Below are positions 11,961-26,090 of a stretch of 64,000 nt of DNA, piece by piece. Within the stretch, counting starts at the first letter, position 1; each line of letters opens with the position of its first letter. The stretch is from Euprymna scolopes (lineage: Eukaryota), in NCBI GenBank assembly GCA_053919585.1, contig CM132817.1. One strand, written 5' to 3'. The translations under genes were made by a program, and so were the position numbers. Under the pieces are notes generated by a model. That model did no database searches. It saw nothing but the letters and a program-made list of their open reading frames with translations, and was not told the origin of the DNA.

Positions 11961-12866
11961 TAGACTACCCGTGACCCGTTGGATCAGTATGTTATATTAA
12001 CTATGGAATTCATGTATGAGCGTGACACCTGTGACGTAAAGAAAATAGTTTTTTTTTTTTTTTTTTTACATAACAGAAACATTTCTATGAAAGTATATTA
12101 AAATAAAAAATCACGGACGGATCACTCAAACGTGAAAAAAATCCCCCCTATTCGTGTAAAGTTACCTATTTTTCCGAATAATCGCTCAAAAATCGAAAAT
12201 TAAACATGATTTTCCTACGAATCGAACGGCGATGAATGTCATTTAGCAGCAAAAATGCACATGAACCTACGGATGAGAAATATAAGAATGAAAGATCAAT
12301 ATTGGAATTCTTCAACCAAGTTATAGAAAATTAAAATCTAGAAAAAAAAAAAAAATTAATAAAACCTGAAACAAAAAATAAAACCTTGATAAATAAAATA
12401 AAGTAAAACTAATATTGAAACAGATTAGTAAATGTGTCAACAAATTAACCGTTCTCATACAACTATTTTGTATCTGGAAATGTAAACAAAAAATAAAAAA
12501 AGAAGGAAGGAAGGAAGGAAGGAAAGAAGGAAAAGGGACGGATAGAAGTAGTAGTAGTAGTAGCCTTGGCTTTACTACAATTGTTCTTATGTTTGTCAAC
12601 TGGTTAAAGTTGTTTAGTTGTAAGAAAATAGCGACAGTATAGTTGTAATAAAGAATAGTTGCAAAACACCCCCACTCTTCCAATGTAAAATAATAAATTC
12701 GAAATAATAACGTTAATATTTCAGTGCGCAGGTCAAAATCTGAAAAAGAAGCGATTTGTGTTTATTTATTTATGTTGTCTAAATGTTTATGCGCGCATGC
12801 GCAACCGGATATCGTAAACCGGAAAGTGGGTTACATCACTCGTTGCAAGGACATTTGAGTTTTATA

Positions 12867-12870
<4 letters not shown>
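11960..12870 (-). mobile_element. Non-autonomous Helitron-like element, different family
   Basis: ACTAG plus CCCGTGACCCGTTGG at its 3' end; bounded by TA arrays. Confidence 0.5.
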
Positions 12871-12930
<60 letters not shown>

Positions 12931-13528
12931 CACAAGTGAGATATAAATGAGGAAAAATCGATAGATCATAATGGAAAAGCTAGTTTAGAATACATGCTGC
13001 ATAAAACTGGTGATCACCCGATCGAACTTTGATTGATTTTCGTATTCAAATAATAATTATTGAAATGAAATAAAACAAACAGAATGTGACATAATTAAAA
13101 ATCGCAATTAAACATTTTTTTCTTCCTTTGTTCAATCTATATAATTATGAACTCTGGACCGCACGGGCGTCCTTCCTTGCTTGCTGCCTCGCATATTGTC
13201 TTTGACAATCGGACGATTCCATCTTAAAAGAAAAGGACGACAGGTGAATTTTTATATGGACGTGGTTCAGAGGCTAACGAATGAGGGTAGATATTAGTAT
13301 GTTTTGGTTTCGATTCTAGCTGATGGCACCCAAGTCACACATACACACACACATACACACACATATATTTGTATATTTTGGCAGCAAGTCGTTATTCAAG
13401 CACGTCTGATTCAACACGACGGAGTTCTTTTGTTGGATAACTTTTAATTCGCCGAGCGTTTCTTTTTATATTTCTGCTGGCATGTTGTATATTATGGCGC
13501 CCAGTAGTTGTTGTTCGGCCATATTCTT

Positions 13529-13569
13529 CTCAAGCGCTTTCAATCGGTACATCCGATCGTCGTCAGGAG
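13529..13569 (-). ncRNA. Minimal type I hammerhead motif in a PLE 5' remnant
   Basis: Reverse strand CTC-CTGACGA-CGATCGG-ATGTA-CCGATT-GAAA-GCGC-TT-GAG; stems I, II and III can all form. Confidence 0.65.
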
Positions 13570-13689
13570 CGATTGTTGTTGTTGTTGTTGCCATTTTCTT
13601 TATTGAGGCTTTATGCATTTATAGTTTGTTCTATTTTTTTTAAATTGGTTATAAAGGTAGGTTCTGGATGGGTAGAAAATACGTAATCT

Positions 13690-14830
13690 GCAGAAATTAA
13701 AATATCATATTTCAGCGTACCTAATGACTGTGCAGTTTGTCAGTAAGGTCCGTGCTTACTTTTACGAATGTTAGAAAATATAAAATAATTGACAGATATG
13801 ACAAATACAGGGTAACCCCTAAAAAACAAAAGCTAAATGGAGGTCATCTAGAACATATGCCGTAGAACGGAGAAAAAAAGGCCAAAGACCCTAGTGTTTT
13901 GGTGTGATGTTTTGAATATAATAAACTAGTTATGACCAAAGTTTCATTTCATTCGGACAAAACACTAAGAAACAGGGCCTTATTAGAATTTGGGCCCGTT
14001 TTGTTTTGGGGGGGGGGTCACCCTGTATTACATTTCAAGTTTCATCATATATAATTAACAGATATAGCATATATTACATTTCAAGTTTTATCATATAGAA
14101 TCGATGTTTATGTATAGTATATAGTGGCTTCAATAAGTTTCCATAATTTCTTTGTACAGGCATTTTAAGTTGTCGTAAACCCTTGAAAATTCAATATGTT
14201 ATTGCTATACATCTTATGAGATGACTGACCAATTTTTATGATTTCAGGTTCATATAGCTATCGAGAGATAGGTAAAAAAAGATTTAGTATTAAACGACTT
14301 GAAGTAATGAATTGAATATCGGCACACGCAGAAAGAAATAGAAATATATTGGCAAGTTGTCTGATACAATTTAAAATCCGTTATGCATATGTGGCAGTCG
14401 GGCTGACGTATAACCACGTCTCATTATTTGTTGTATTAAAACATCGAAAAAAATCCCATTAAAAAAGGAACTGGTTTTGATCAATTTGAGCAGTTTAACA
14501 TTGCAAGTACATTTTAGAAGTTATATCACAGCATAAGCAGAAGAACTTGACGAATAAAATCCACAGTAGGTTCTTTTATAAGACAGGGGCGTATCCAAAA
14601 TGAATAATCGAACCATGATATTTAACTTTTGCATTTTAAACTTGTATCTAAGTCATTATATAAATAAAATCAGAAAATCAACTATATGTTCTCTACAGTG
14701 CAATGTAGACTACAATGTGTGTATACTAAGTCTATGCAGAGAGGCATGTGAGCTCCCTACCCTAACACTAACACTACCTTCTGGTGCAATCCAGCGTTAT
14801 TTTTATCATCTGAGCTAAATTCAATTACAT
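13690..14830. repeat. Right arm of the inverted duplication with 260-1050
   Basis: Direct reverse-complement comparison. Confidence 0.85.
13808..14025. mobile_element. Tc1/mariner-type MITE with TA TSD
   Basis: TIRs CAGGGTAACCCC / GGGGTCACCCTG, TA on both sides; absent from the paralogous arm near 900-960. Confidence 0.85.
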
Positions 14831-15095
14831 AACAAAACATTAAAAATGACGTTCATAAATGTATAAATGTATATTTGCATATGCTTAGAAGTAACACATT
14901 TAATCAACTTACGCCTACCAAGTTCCATTTTTTTTTCAATTTTGACCCTTGAGCAGCTATTTTTACCGGCTAAATGCCAAATCGAATTTTTTCCACAGGT
15001 CCGAAACCCCTATATGTCAAGTTTTAAGTCTGTGGACCTAAAAGTGACAGAGCAATTTGGTAGAGACCGTTCCGCACACAGAGAGACAGGGTCAC

Positions 15096-15181
<86 letters not shown>

Positions 15182-15659
15182 TAACAGGCCACCCGACGTT
15201 GCCCGGATATTGCATCCAATCAATATTTTTTCTTTCTATTGATACGTAATTCTAAATTGATTTGTACTTCAAGACCTTTTATACCCGATATTGCAAAAAG
15301 AAAACAATTTTTATTTGTCCTTTCAAAGAATTTTTCCACGCCTCTAATCTAGACATTTACCTATTATTGTTTTTTTTTAATATTTAACATTTTAGGTTAT
15401 CAACTAACAGTCAATCTTCTTACCTAATCCAATTGATAAAACAGCCGGAGACGTTATTTATCTAACTCCCACGGCTTGAGGATGCGACACAAGGGTAAGA
15501 AAGAGGCATCGATTGGGCCAGGGAATACTCTGGCCTATAAAAAGTCTGGATACCCTCATCGGAATTCTGAAGTAGGGACGGTTCAAGCGATGAGCAATAA
15601 ACTAATCCTTTCTCAAAGAGAGAAGGCAAAGCCTGGGAGGATGTGTCTCTGAAACTGTT

Positions 15660-16310
15660 GTACACTGGGGGAGTAAATATTATGTACGTGTGTCTAAAAT
15701 CGTGCATCGTCTAGTGGTACAAAATTTTCTAATGAATGTGTGTATACGGAGTGTATATACGTTTGTATATGTGCGTCACAGTCACCTATATGACGTGTGT
15801 ATATATGTGTGTTCGTCTAATCTAGTTTTCTATCGTTCATTGAATTGATGCGTGTATAACACTTACGACAATATTGGTATATTAACAGATACATTTAAAC
15901 AACGAACACGTAACATTGGCAACAGAAAGGGACAAATAACAGTTCTCTGTGGTAACATTGGGCTAATTGGAGAAATATACCTGGTCTGTCTTTCCTCTCG
16001 TTTGACGGATCCTCGGAAAAACTGCATAGGAGATTTATCCCAATGAATCAACAAATTTCCGGTAGTATTCTCTGCAATTTTATTTAACGATGTTTCCTCA
16101 TTGAAAACTGCAACACTATCTTAAACTAACGCACGCTGATCCCCACCATCGTCGTCCGCGGACCGTTTTCCTCCTCTCTCAACTCCGACCCGTCTGCTCC
16201 CTCTTACTTCTGATTCTTGACTAAATATACGTGCTTTTCTAAGTTCTACCCTAAGTTTACGCCACTTTAAGTGACCTCTACGTAAGACTACGTCAAACTC
16301 TAGAGGTTTG
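15660..16310 (+). repeat. Dispersed repeat, possibly LTR-derived; inverted homolog ~41300-42240
   Basis: Shared CTGGGGGAGTA..ATATTA..TACGT..GTCTAAA start and AACTGTTATTTG(T/C)CC block. Confidence 0.55.
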
Positions 16311-16745
16311 CCTATTTTTATATTATCGTTTGCGTTCTAATATTCTTTTCTATAAAACGCATCTTATCATAAATATTTTTACTGTAAATATTTATTTTGC
16401 TATGAGAACAGTCTATTTTTACAAATATTATAACGATCATAATAATCGTCGACTTACACATCTTTCGGCGTTGCCGTACCAATATCTAACAGAACTTCAC
16501 AGGAATAGCAACGTACTGCAGTCAACAGGGAAAAGGCTATTTCAGAAGTGATTTGACTGTTGATTTTGGTGCCGAAGAAATTCCGTGTTTGTTCACTCGT
16601 CAGAAAAACAGATTGTATAAAAAGACGAATAAAATTGCGCCTTTTTTTTTTTTTTTTTTTTTTAAAGACTATGATGTTTTGGAATTAAAATGTATTAAGT
16701 ATTACGCATTACATCTAAAGAAAAAACACCCTTTCAATGAGTAAA

Positions 16746-17662
16746 TATCTATCTATCTATTATATAAAAAAAGAACTTCGTCTCTGTGTCTGAATTTGCT
16801 CCATATATGCTCTGAAATGGCCGGGCTGAGTTATATGAAATTTCACACAAATGTAATTTATGTATCTGTGTTGTGAGACCGACTTACCTGCACGAGGGAC
16901 CCTTTCAGTACTATATATTTGATGTGAGATAATCCTTTCAGGGAGTAATATCGTAACACTGTAGAATCAGCAGGAGTACTTAGTACTCAGTGCAAACAAC
17001 TACCCATAATGGACACCACCGGATTGTAAGCTTTATTTACCCTTTACCTATCCGGGTAACCTTTTGATTAATATATCTCTTCCTAGTCCCAACCTTGAGC
17101 ACACATAAATCTGGCAGTGTTCTTAGATTTTGTACCGACACATTTTCTATAACTATCGATAATCGATAATCGAAAATATCCGATGAAGAAAAAAAACAAT
17201 CGATTTTGACGAAAATTGACACCTTATCCAGTCTAGCATCGCAAATGCATTTAAGAAGTTTTGTTATCACACATGCAGAAAGGCCCGGGATATAAAATCA
17301 ACAGTAGGTTATTTGATATGACAGGGATACATTCGAAATGAATGTTTCTGTTTAAAGAACAATTAAACCATGATACCTGAATTTTGGATTTTAAACTTAA
17401 ATTCAAGCCGTTGCATATAAAAATAATTTATAAAATCAACAGTAGGCTCTCTACAGTGCAACGTAAACAATAATGTATTGTAATCTAAGTCACTGTGGGA
17501 GGCATGTGAAGCTTCCTCCCGCTGCATCGCAAGGGGTCCCCAAATAGAGCAGGCAATTTGATTGAAAAATGGACTTCACTAATGTCTATGACAATAAAAT
17601 ATTAGTGTGAAACATTCGTTGATTATCATTCAATCTCGGGCAATGTCGGATCTCCCTACTAG
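16746..17662 (+). mobile_element. Non-autonomous Helitron family B (related 63215-63630; internal part shared with 14540-14750)
   Basis: 5' TCTATCTATTATATAAAA; 3' CGGGCAATGTCGG...CTAG|T. Confidence 0.7.
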
Positions 17663-18292
17663 TGCTAGTATAATCGGCGTCTTTTCATTTTTTTAAATGG
17701 TGGATTCTAGATCGGGACGAGGTTATTAGCTCCAAAACAGAACAATTTTTTTTTCATTAATACGTAGCTAGCAGGACCCGTGGAAATTCCACGACATGAG
17801 AAATATATTTAATAGACAAATATGTTTCGGTAAAGCTGGTATTTTTCTGGAAAACGTAAAAGTAGATTTTGGACAGAAAAAAAATAATCGAACACAGCAT
17901 ATATTAATTTAGTAATATTTCTATGAAAATAATGTCTATTGTATCTTTAATATAGAACTGATCCAAATGAGATAAATAAATAAGTACTAATAAATACTCA
18001 GAAAGTAATATTTTGCTACATTGTTCAATACAAATAGTAAAATTACATTGTAAGGGTCAATCTTTAATATACTTCTTCAGTCTAGTACTTCTTGGCAGGC
18101 AATGTTCTTTTTGTCCTGTATCTTTTGACTGTTCCCTTTTCCGTAACGTTTCACGGACTTCTTTCTTCAGTGAAGAACCTTTGTGCGTCGAAATTATGAG
18201 TTTCTTTCTACCACCATTACAACAATGGTCATATATTATTTATTTTATTTAATGCACTTCTAGGAGGTTAGACACAAGATCAGGCGTGTGTG

Positions 18293-18327
<35 letters not shown>

Positions 18328-18464
18328 GTGTTTGTTCAAAATGTTTCTGTGGAACGAACTGGATTCGAACTGGGCATACTCAGGTTTTCAGTCCAGGTCG
18401 TTAACCCCCTAATCATCGTCATCCTCAACTAAACTGTTATTTAGTGACTTTTATTATTGCCACA

Positions 18465-18600
18465 ACAAATCCTCAGAAGGCCAGCACATGTAGAAAGTTG
18501 GGCGACTCGTGTACACTATGTTTGAATGAGAAATTAGCTATCCTAAACTTTAAAGAATCCGAAAATTTATTAAATTGCAGGAGTGAAATAGCAAAATAAA
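18465..18600 (+). pseudogene. PLE C-terminal (GIY-YIG end) remnant
   Basis: Translates CTLCLNEKLAILNFKESENLLNCRSEI, matching the CxLCxxEK...LLNxRSE pattern of PLE C-termini. Confidence 0.65.
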
Positions 18601-20738
18601 GTTTATCTTAGGATACCAACGCACACAAAAAACATTAATAAATAATAATAATAACAAGAACAATAACAAAAATGATACTCATAATTAAAAAATAAAAAAA
18701 TAAAAATAATAATTAATTAACTAACAAATAATTAACTAACAAATACAACAATAACAAAATGATATGTATAATTATAACAAACAAAATGCATAAACAAATA
18801 CACTAGTAGAAATAAAATGGAAGTGAAAAACATCCAGATTTAAACGAGGTCACTTCCCAACATAAAGAAAAGAGAAACCTGATCTCCGCTAAAAAGAACA
18901 CAGAAACAAGTAAATTAGAATTCAAGTGAATCTTTGTCTGACAAATGCGCACCTATTGGCTACGATAAATATGTGCACGAATAACAAAGAGTCTGATTGG
19001 CTGACTAGCAAACTCAGTACCACGGGAATATATAAAATCACGAAGCATCATCGATTTATGCTATAGCCTAACGGATAAAACGCGGAAAATACTGCGTAGC
19101 TTAATTGCCATCTATATTTTGAGAACTTACTTCTATATATATTCATCTTCTTCCTTCGCTTATATATAACTTTTACACCCATTTTATATTAAATGTTGGT
19201 GTATTTTGCGATACCCGTAGACTATCGTCGTTCCAAAATCACCATTACCAAATCCAGGGAGCATGCCACAATTTAATATTTTATTTACTGGCGGCCATGA
19301 TATATTCGCTGAATTTGCGCGAAATATGCAAGTTAGTAAAATTAGGAAGCTTCATTTTAAGCTTTCCTCAAAGACTTACCTAGCAATGTTTTCTTTTGTT
19401 CGTGTGGGGTGGAGTGGGGCGCAACAATTATTTCACCACTCGATCCCGGACCCATAGACACTCTAATTGCGATTTTTATTTGAATATTTTAATGTTTTTT
19501 TTTTGTTTATTTACTTGTGTTTTTTTTGGGGGGGGGGCTTCTTCTAATGAAACGATCACCAAAGTGTTCCGCGTATAACAGTGATAAAACAAAGACTGAT
19601 GATGAAACGATCACCGAAGTGTTCCGCGTATAACAGTGATAAAACAAAGACTGTTGGATATTCAGGATTGAATGTTGGCGGACAAGTCAGGCGTAGACTA
19701 AAGTATAGTTTTATCACGTATGTTTTGATTGCAGAAAGAATTGAGGCTGTTATTAATCATACAATACTTGCTTTTTGTAAGAGGTGCATTACAAAATGAA
19801 ATGTGTGTAATGAGTTTCATGATCCCCTAAGGCAATGTTGCTAACTCTGTACCTTTTAATAACTTCAGAATAAAGATTATATTCAAGATTATCTTGACAG
19901 ACATTGCAAGGTTTCATATTTTACATNNNNNNNNNNNNNNNNNNNNNNNNNNNNNNNNNNNNNNNNNNNNNNNNNNNNNNNNNNNNNNNNNNNNNNNNNN
20001 NNNNNNNNNNNNNNNNNNNNNNNNNNNNNNNNNNNNNNNNNNNNNNNNNNNNNNNNNNNNNNNNNNNNNNNNNNNNNNNNNNNNNNNNNNNNNNNNNNNN
20101 NNNNNNNNNNNNNNNNNNNNNNNNNNNNNNNNNNNNNNNNNNNNNNNNNNNNNNNNNNNNNNNNNNNNNNNNNNNNNNNNNNNNNNNNNNNNNNNNNNNN
20201 NNNNNNNNNNNNNNNNNNNNNNNNNNNNNNNNNNNNNNNNNNNNNNNNNNNNNNNNNNNNNNNNNNNNNNNNNNNNNNNNNNNNNNNNNNNNNNNNNNNN
20301 NNNNNNNNNNNNNNNNNNNNNNNNNNNNNNNNNNNNNNNNNNNNNNNNNNNNNNNNNCGCCTGTGCTTTTTATTCATATTTATACACGTTTGCCTGACTA
20401 TTGTATCAACAAGCCGTAGAAGAGAACAGTGCGTACTTTGTTAATTATGGTGAGAACTTCCGTTTAGGATTATACATCCGGCATTTGAATTCCATTTGCG
20501 TGTTTTTTTTTCTCCTTTCGTGTTATTCTTATTTAAATTATTTATGCTGTCTGTTTGGTGCAACACTGTCGTATATAAAAATAAGTTAGTCATAGCTAAC
20601 AAAAGCTTTGTCCGTCATGTCATACTTTCATAGGAACATAATAGATAAGATATAGTTATATATAGCAGACGAGAAAGTTTATTAAAGGGGGATAATCATC
20701 TACTAAGGGAGGTAACTTATGAAATTCTTTCTTATTAC

Positions 20739-20916
20739 TAGGGCTGTGACAACAGCATATTCATTTCATTGTTTTTATTCTTGACTATATATCCGTTAAT
20801 ATCTTGTATGTTTTTATATGAACGAATGTGTTTCTCGGTTGATTAAGTAAAAACTGCGTCGGACATATACCCGAGAGAGTAAAAAGAATGTAAAGAATAT
20901 GCTATTGTCAGCCCTA
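20739..20916. mobile_element. hAT MITE (TAGGGCT termini), 8-bp TSD
   Basis: TIRs; flanks CTTATTAC / CTTATTGC. Confidence 0.82.
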
Positions 20917-21021
20917 CTTATTGCACATACGAAGTAAACAAAGGCAGAAAAAACAACCTCACACACAAAAACCAGGAAAGAAAACCTGAGTATTATTGTT
21001 GTGGTTCTTTTACCTAGTCGA

Positions 21022-21086
<65 letters not shown>

Positions 21087-21334
21087 ACAATTAGTTAATA
21101 AAACATGTTTAAAAACACTTTCAAAAAGAGTTAAAACATATTTAATTTTAAGCTTACAAAAGTATTTAATAACTACTTGTTCTTATTATAAGCTCTATTT
21201 CCTATTTGGGTTTTATCGAGCTTTTACATCCAGCTGAGATTACTTTATAAATATTAACTCTTCAATATTTATAATATACTTTAGTTTCGCCATCTTGGAT
21301 TATTTTGGTAAACGTAACTGTAATTCTTATTTCG

Positions 21335-21375
<41 letters not shown>

Positions 21376-21629
21376 ACTTTGACATTTTGTACTAAACTTT
21401 TGATGAAGCCTTATAGTAATTGATATAAGAACATTTATTTTCTGTTAAAAAATAATTACACATGTATATAATGCCTTTTTTATTGAAAATATTTATCTCA
21501 ACCTACATATACTAATTTTCATGTTTACGCAATCTTCAGTGTAGGAAATGATGATTACTAGCAGTCGAAGTGTTACGTTTGCGTCTGAAGTTTTGTATTT
21601 AACCACTACCGATTATTATTATTATTATC

Positions 21630-21915
21630 GTTTTTTTACATAGGCATCACCACTTATCAAGGCCAAGAGGCCACTAGATGGTAAGGGTTAAAGAGTGTAC
21701 AGTAGACAATTGGACACTATAGTAATAGTTAGTAATGGGAATTCGGTAAATTTGTTTACTTATATGGAACGACTCATCAAAAACATGTTTACATTAGACT
21801 TGAAGACAACCATATTGTAGTCAGCTGGAAAGCAGAAAAAACGGAATAGAATTCCACAGGTGTGCACTTTTAAGAAAGAAACTTTGTTCATGGAATCTAT
21901 TTATGTGGTGCAAGC
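21630..21915 (-). mobile_element. CR1/L2-like LINE 3' end
   Basis: Reverse-complement homology to 46450-46690 including poly(A). Confidence 0.75.
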
Positions 21916-22012
21916 ACAACACTCCCGTCGACATACACATCATTAATATAAGGCTTATATTATATCATACATCAGCAAGCACTCTGTGGGAAAGACTTAG
22001 ATATTTCTTGTG

Positions 22013-23207
22013 TACTGAAACCAGTCGTTTCTGCTGTGAACTTCATTCGGGGAAATGCACTCAATCACCGTCAGTTCCAGGCTTTTCTTGAAGAAATTGA
22101 TTCTGATTTCTGTGACTTGCCTTATTACACAGCAGTGAGATGGCTCAGCTGTGGTAAAGTCCTGTTTCGTTTTTACAAGCTCCGAAACGAAATAGATGTT
22201 TTTCTCACTGAAAAAGATAGAGCCGATCCACAGCTGTCAGATCCTATCTGGCTGTCAAAGTTGTCTTTTTTGGTCGACGTCACATCCCACATGAATGAAC
22301 TGAACTTGAAACTTCAGGGAAAGGATAACCTCGTCTGTGATCTCTACAGAATCATCAAAGGATTTCGGAGAAAGCTGTCATTGTTTGAAGCACAACTGGA
22401 AAGAGAAAACTTCTCTCATTTTCACTGTTTCAGATAGTTTTGCGCTTTAATCGCTGAAGGTGTCAACCTCGATTTTCCAAAAAAGATTATTCGTGACTTG
22501 AAGAAGGATTTTTTGGAGAGATTTTCAGATCTCGACAGAACTGAGAGTGACATTCTTCTGTTCCAGAATCCGTTTGATTGTAACCTTGATGATGTGCCAG
22601 TTGAACTACAGTTGGAGCTCATTGATTTGACAGCAAATGACTTGTTGAAAGAGAAGCACAGAGAAGGAAAACTTGTTGAATTTTACCGCTGCTTACCTGA
22701 TCCTGAGTTTCCGAAATTGAAGAAATTTGCCGCTGGTATGGCATCAGTGTTTGGAACAACTTATGTCTGTGAGTAAACATTTTCAAAAATGAAGTATGTG
22801 AAGTCAACACATCGAACGAGATTGACTGATGATCATTTGAAAGCAATTTTCTGAATTGGATGCAGCAATTCCAAACCAAACATTGATGATTTCTTGAAAG
22901 CCAAACGTCAGTTTCACAAATCTCACTAAACTTTTTTGCTGTTTGGGTTGTGAGATTCGGACATGTGCACACTAGGTTTGATGTAACTATCTTTTTGCTT
23001 ACATCGCCTTCTTTGAAAACTTTTTAGTAAATAAAATGCTGGTTGTCTTTGTTTTTTGATTAACATGGAATGCTAAACTTAGTTTTTCGTCTTTTTTCCC
23101 AGAGCTTTCGTTCTGACTTGCAAGTATTGTACAGAATGATTATGCGGCCCGCGCTCGTCATTCTTTCAGTTATCCGGCCCACTGTGAAAAAAGTTTGGTG
23201 ACCCCTG
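22013..23207 (+). mobile_element. 5'-truncated hAT transposon (Buster/SPIN/GTF2IRD2-like transposase), pseudogenised, right TIR intact
   Basis: ALNHRQF, YYTAVRWLSCGKVL, LNLKLQG, FGTTYVCE; frame runs to QFHKSH* near 22929 with three in-frame stops; ends AAAAAGTTTGGTGACCCCTG with GGCCC subterminal motifs. Confidence 0.92.
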
Positions 23208-23209
23208 AT

Positions 23210-24280
23210 ATAAGCGGATGTTGCCGCTGTTTGCGGTTTTCCATCGTCAAGATAGCATAAAAATGTTTACAGGATAAACGGAGCCACATTTAATCCGATC
23301 CCCATGCGGGTCAGGCAATACCTTTGTCCCTGGATTAGTACAGTTTGATAGGGTCACAGTGATTAATATAAAGCTATGCCTTGCGAAGGTCTGACACCGA
23401 TACATTCGATCTCGCTGATCGCCTTACTTTTAACTTCTCGGTGCATATGTCTGCGTGGGCCGTAAATGAGTCCACGTGCTCATTTAATTCTCGATAGGCC
23501 AGCATCGGCTTCCTCTTTTGTTGATTCAGCTGAATGACTGCCATTAGTGGGATCAACCGGTTTAAGGGCCCGGATTCCTTGTCTGGGTACGGAAATAACC
23601 ATCCATTAGCAATCATAGCTTCTAGCTTGGTATCATAGTCTGCGCGGGCTGTTTGCAGAGATGTTATACTCTGGTACTCTGTGGCATAATTTTTGTGGAC
23701 CACTTCTACGACACGGTCCAGGTTCTGGTACGTTTGTCGAACTGTGCGCGAAAGTCAGGCTGTTCCAGCTCTATTGTTGTACCCAGAGCAAAAGCCGTCT
23801 CAGCAAAATGTATCTAATTGCCTCCCTTATCGATATGCACGTCGCTAAATTTCTTGATGATGTCCATCCCCAGAAGGAGGTCAGATCCCTATGATTTGCT
23901 TTTTACCACCAGTACACCAGTCTTCAGTGGACTTCTGTAGGTAAATGTTAGTGCTATACTGCAAACACCATGGCTAAACAGGCATTTCCATCGTGCCGTC
24001 AGAATTTTTCCGAACTTTGGGTTAACATAAAAACCCATTTACAACAGATAATGATATCCTGGGCACTAGCAAGAATCTGCTCCAAGGTCATCTGTTCCAT
24101 TCTGGAGGATCCCCGTAACTGTTGCCAAACGGACTGGGAGTCTTGACATTAAAGCGTAACGGAGCCGTCGATCAGAGGGGTTCTCTTCTATTAGCTGTCC
24201 AAGATCCTGCAGGTTACCCAAGCATTCGTCGACAATTTCCACACGGCAGAAACACGGGAGACAACTTGCGTTGGAAAATT
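23210..24280 (-). mobile_element. Degraded Ty3/Gypsy-like gag-pol fragment (RT N-terminus at 23374-23703)
   Basis: LIPLMAVIQ..RKPMLAYRELNEHVDSFTAHADIC...SDLRKA resembles the RPVxDYRELN...LDLRKAY region of LTR RTs; upstream boundary uncertain. Confidence 0.7.
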
Positions 24281-25138
24281 GTGTTAATTCTGATGGTGCT
24301 TATTTCGATCGATAATTTTTTTGAGCCGAGATATGTTCATTTAAATTTAAAAATTAAAAACCGCAAGAACATTCTTGTCAACCTGATAGGGGGCAACAGT
24401 TTCTTAGGTTACACTAATTTTCAAGACACAATTCAGCTAGTTTGACACATCTTGAAATGTAGTTTCTCAAAAAAAAAAAAAATAGCGGTTATTGTTAAGA
24501 TCGGGCAATTCAATCTGTACGATTAACGCTAGTTAAAAAGATGGGTGGATTCAACTAACAAATAAATCGTTGGTTTTCATAATAATAAATTCCGCGACTG
24601 GTGTGGCAAAGTTAAACGATCTTAAACAACAGATTAACGGCTGATCGTTACCGATGTGTAACGTTAGTGAAGCTCATATAACGTAAACAATCGATGGAAA
24701 ACACATTTCTCATATATCAAATAATCAGTGTTATTTATTGGCCACAATGTTTGCAGGATAGAAATTGGATGCCTCCTAGACACTGTCATCCAATGTCTAA
24801 GGCATCTCTGCACAAGGATTTGTCAGCACAATCTGACATGCGGATATGTTACCCTGTAAATAAACGCTAACGAAATATGAAAAATAATGTAGTGTTCGAA
24901 GCTAAACAGTGGCTCATACGAGTAATAGTGAACGTTTTTCAAATGGTGTATACTCAACAGCACTAAGGTGGATGTTTCATCAAACTTGATGAATTCTTTC
25001 TTGGAACAGGAAAGGACCAAGAGACCACTAAAAGATATGCTATAACATATTGAAATGGTTATTTAAGGAGACAATACTAATGTTATCAGCTTCTTAACTA
25101 TCTGCTTAAATTTTTGAAATTAAATGGAAAACAAGGAA

Positions 25139-25197
<59 letters not shown>

Positions 25198-25201
<4 letters not shown>

Positions 25202-26090
25202 GATTTCAGCGCGGTGTTGCCCGGGTGTTTGGATGTGTATGTTGAGCAAAAACAAAAGTGGTAGTAGAAAGGCAGGCTCGAACCCGTACTGCAAAGGAGG
25301 AAAAGAACAGGGTAAAACCTAACGTTTATGCTGTTACGACCACCGTTAAACCGGAAGCGATATTTTTTAAATTAAGGCTAGACAATCTAAAGGAGAGGAT
25401 AACTTAAAAAAATATCGGCGAAAAAAATGACACCCCTCCTGTAGAAAAGTGCCTAGTTAAAGGGGAAGATATTAATGCTTTTAGCCAATTTTTCGATATT
25501 TGTCGTATGAAAGGTCGAATTAAAAACGATACTGATCTTGGTAAAATCCGTCGCCTCTATTGAAAGTTTAAGGCAGACATGCAAATAGACATACATACAT
25601 TTATATATTGGTAACTAAAAATTTTCGACCGAAACTGATAAAAAAGCTTGTCCTATCTCTGAATACCTTTTATGTAGAATTTCAAATATTTGGACCAGAA
25701 ATTGTCTGAGTAATTTGGAAGAGACCGCAGAGGTCAATTTAAAAAATAAAAAAAATGATCGCTATTATGATACCTTAAAATTTATTGTTTTGGACTCAAA
25801 TCAAGTTATTAAGTTAGACCCATGTCCAAGGAACCTATATGTAAAATTTCAAGTGCATAGACCAAAAATTGTGGGAGGAGTTTGGTAGAGTTCTCAAAGG
25901 TCAAATCGTTGAACTTTGACCCCTTAATCGCCATATTTCTGGCCAAAAACCGATCACATCGATTTTCCCGAATCTCAGTACCCTGTATATCAAATTTCGA
26001 GCATGTAGACTAAAAATTGACAGAGTTATTGCGTAGGTAAATGTACACAGACACACAGACACAGAGACACCTTCACTTTTATAGATAGAT
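25198..26090 (-). mobile_element. Helitron family A, long copy
   Basis: Reverse complement of 11030-11895. Confidence 0.85.

Noticed and set aside
19545-19652. CTGATGATGAAAC in a short tandem duplication
   Set aside because: No stem II, so it cannot form a hammerhead
19889-20419. Long ORFs spanning N runs (also 9071-9560, 28026-28652, 42580-43218, 52736-53482 and others)
   Set aside because: Artefacts of assembly gaps
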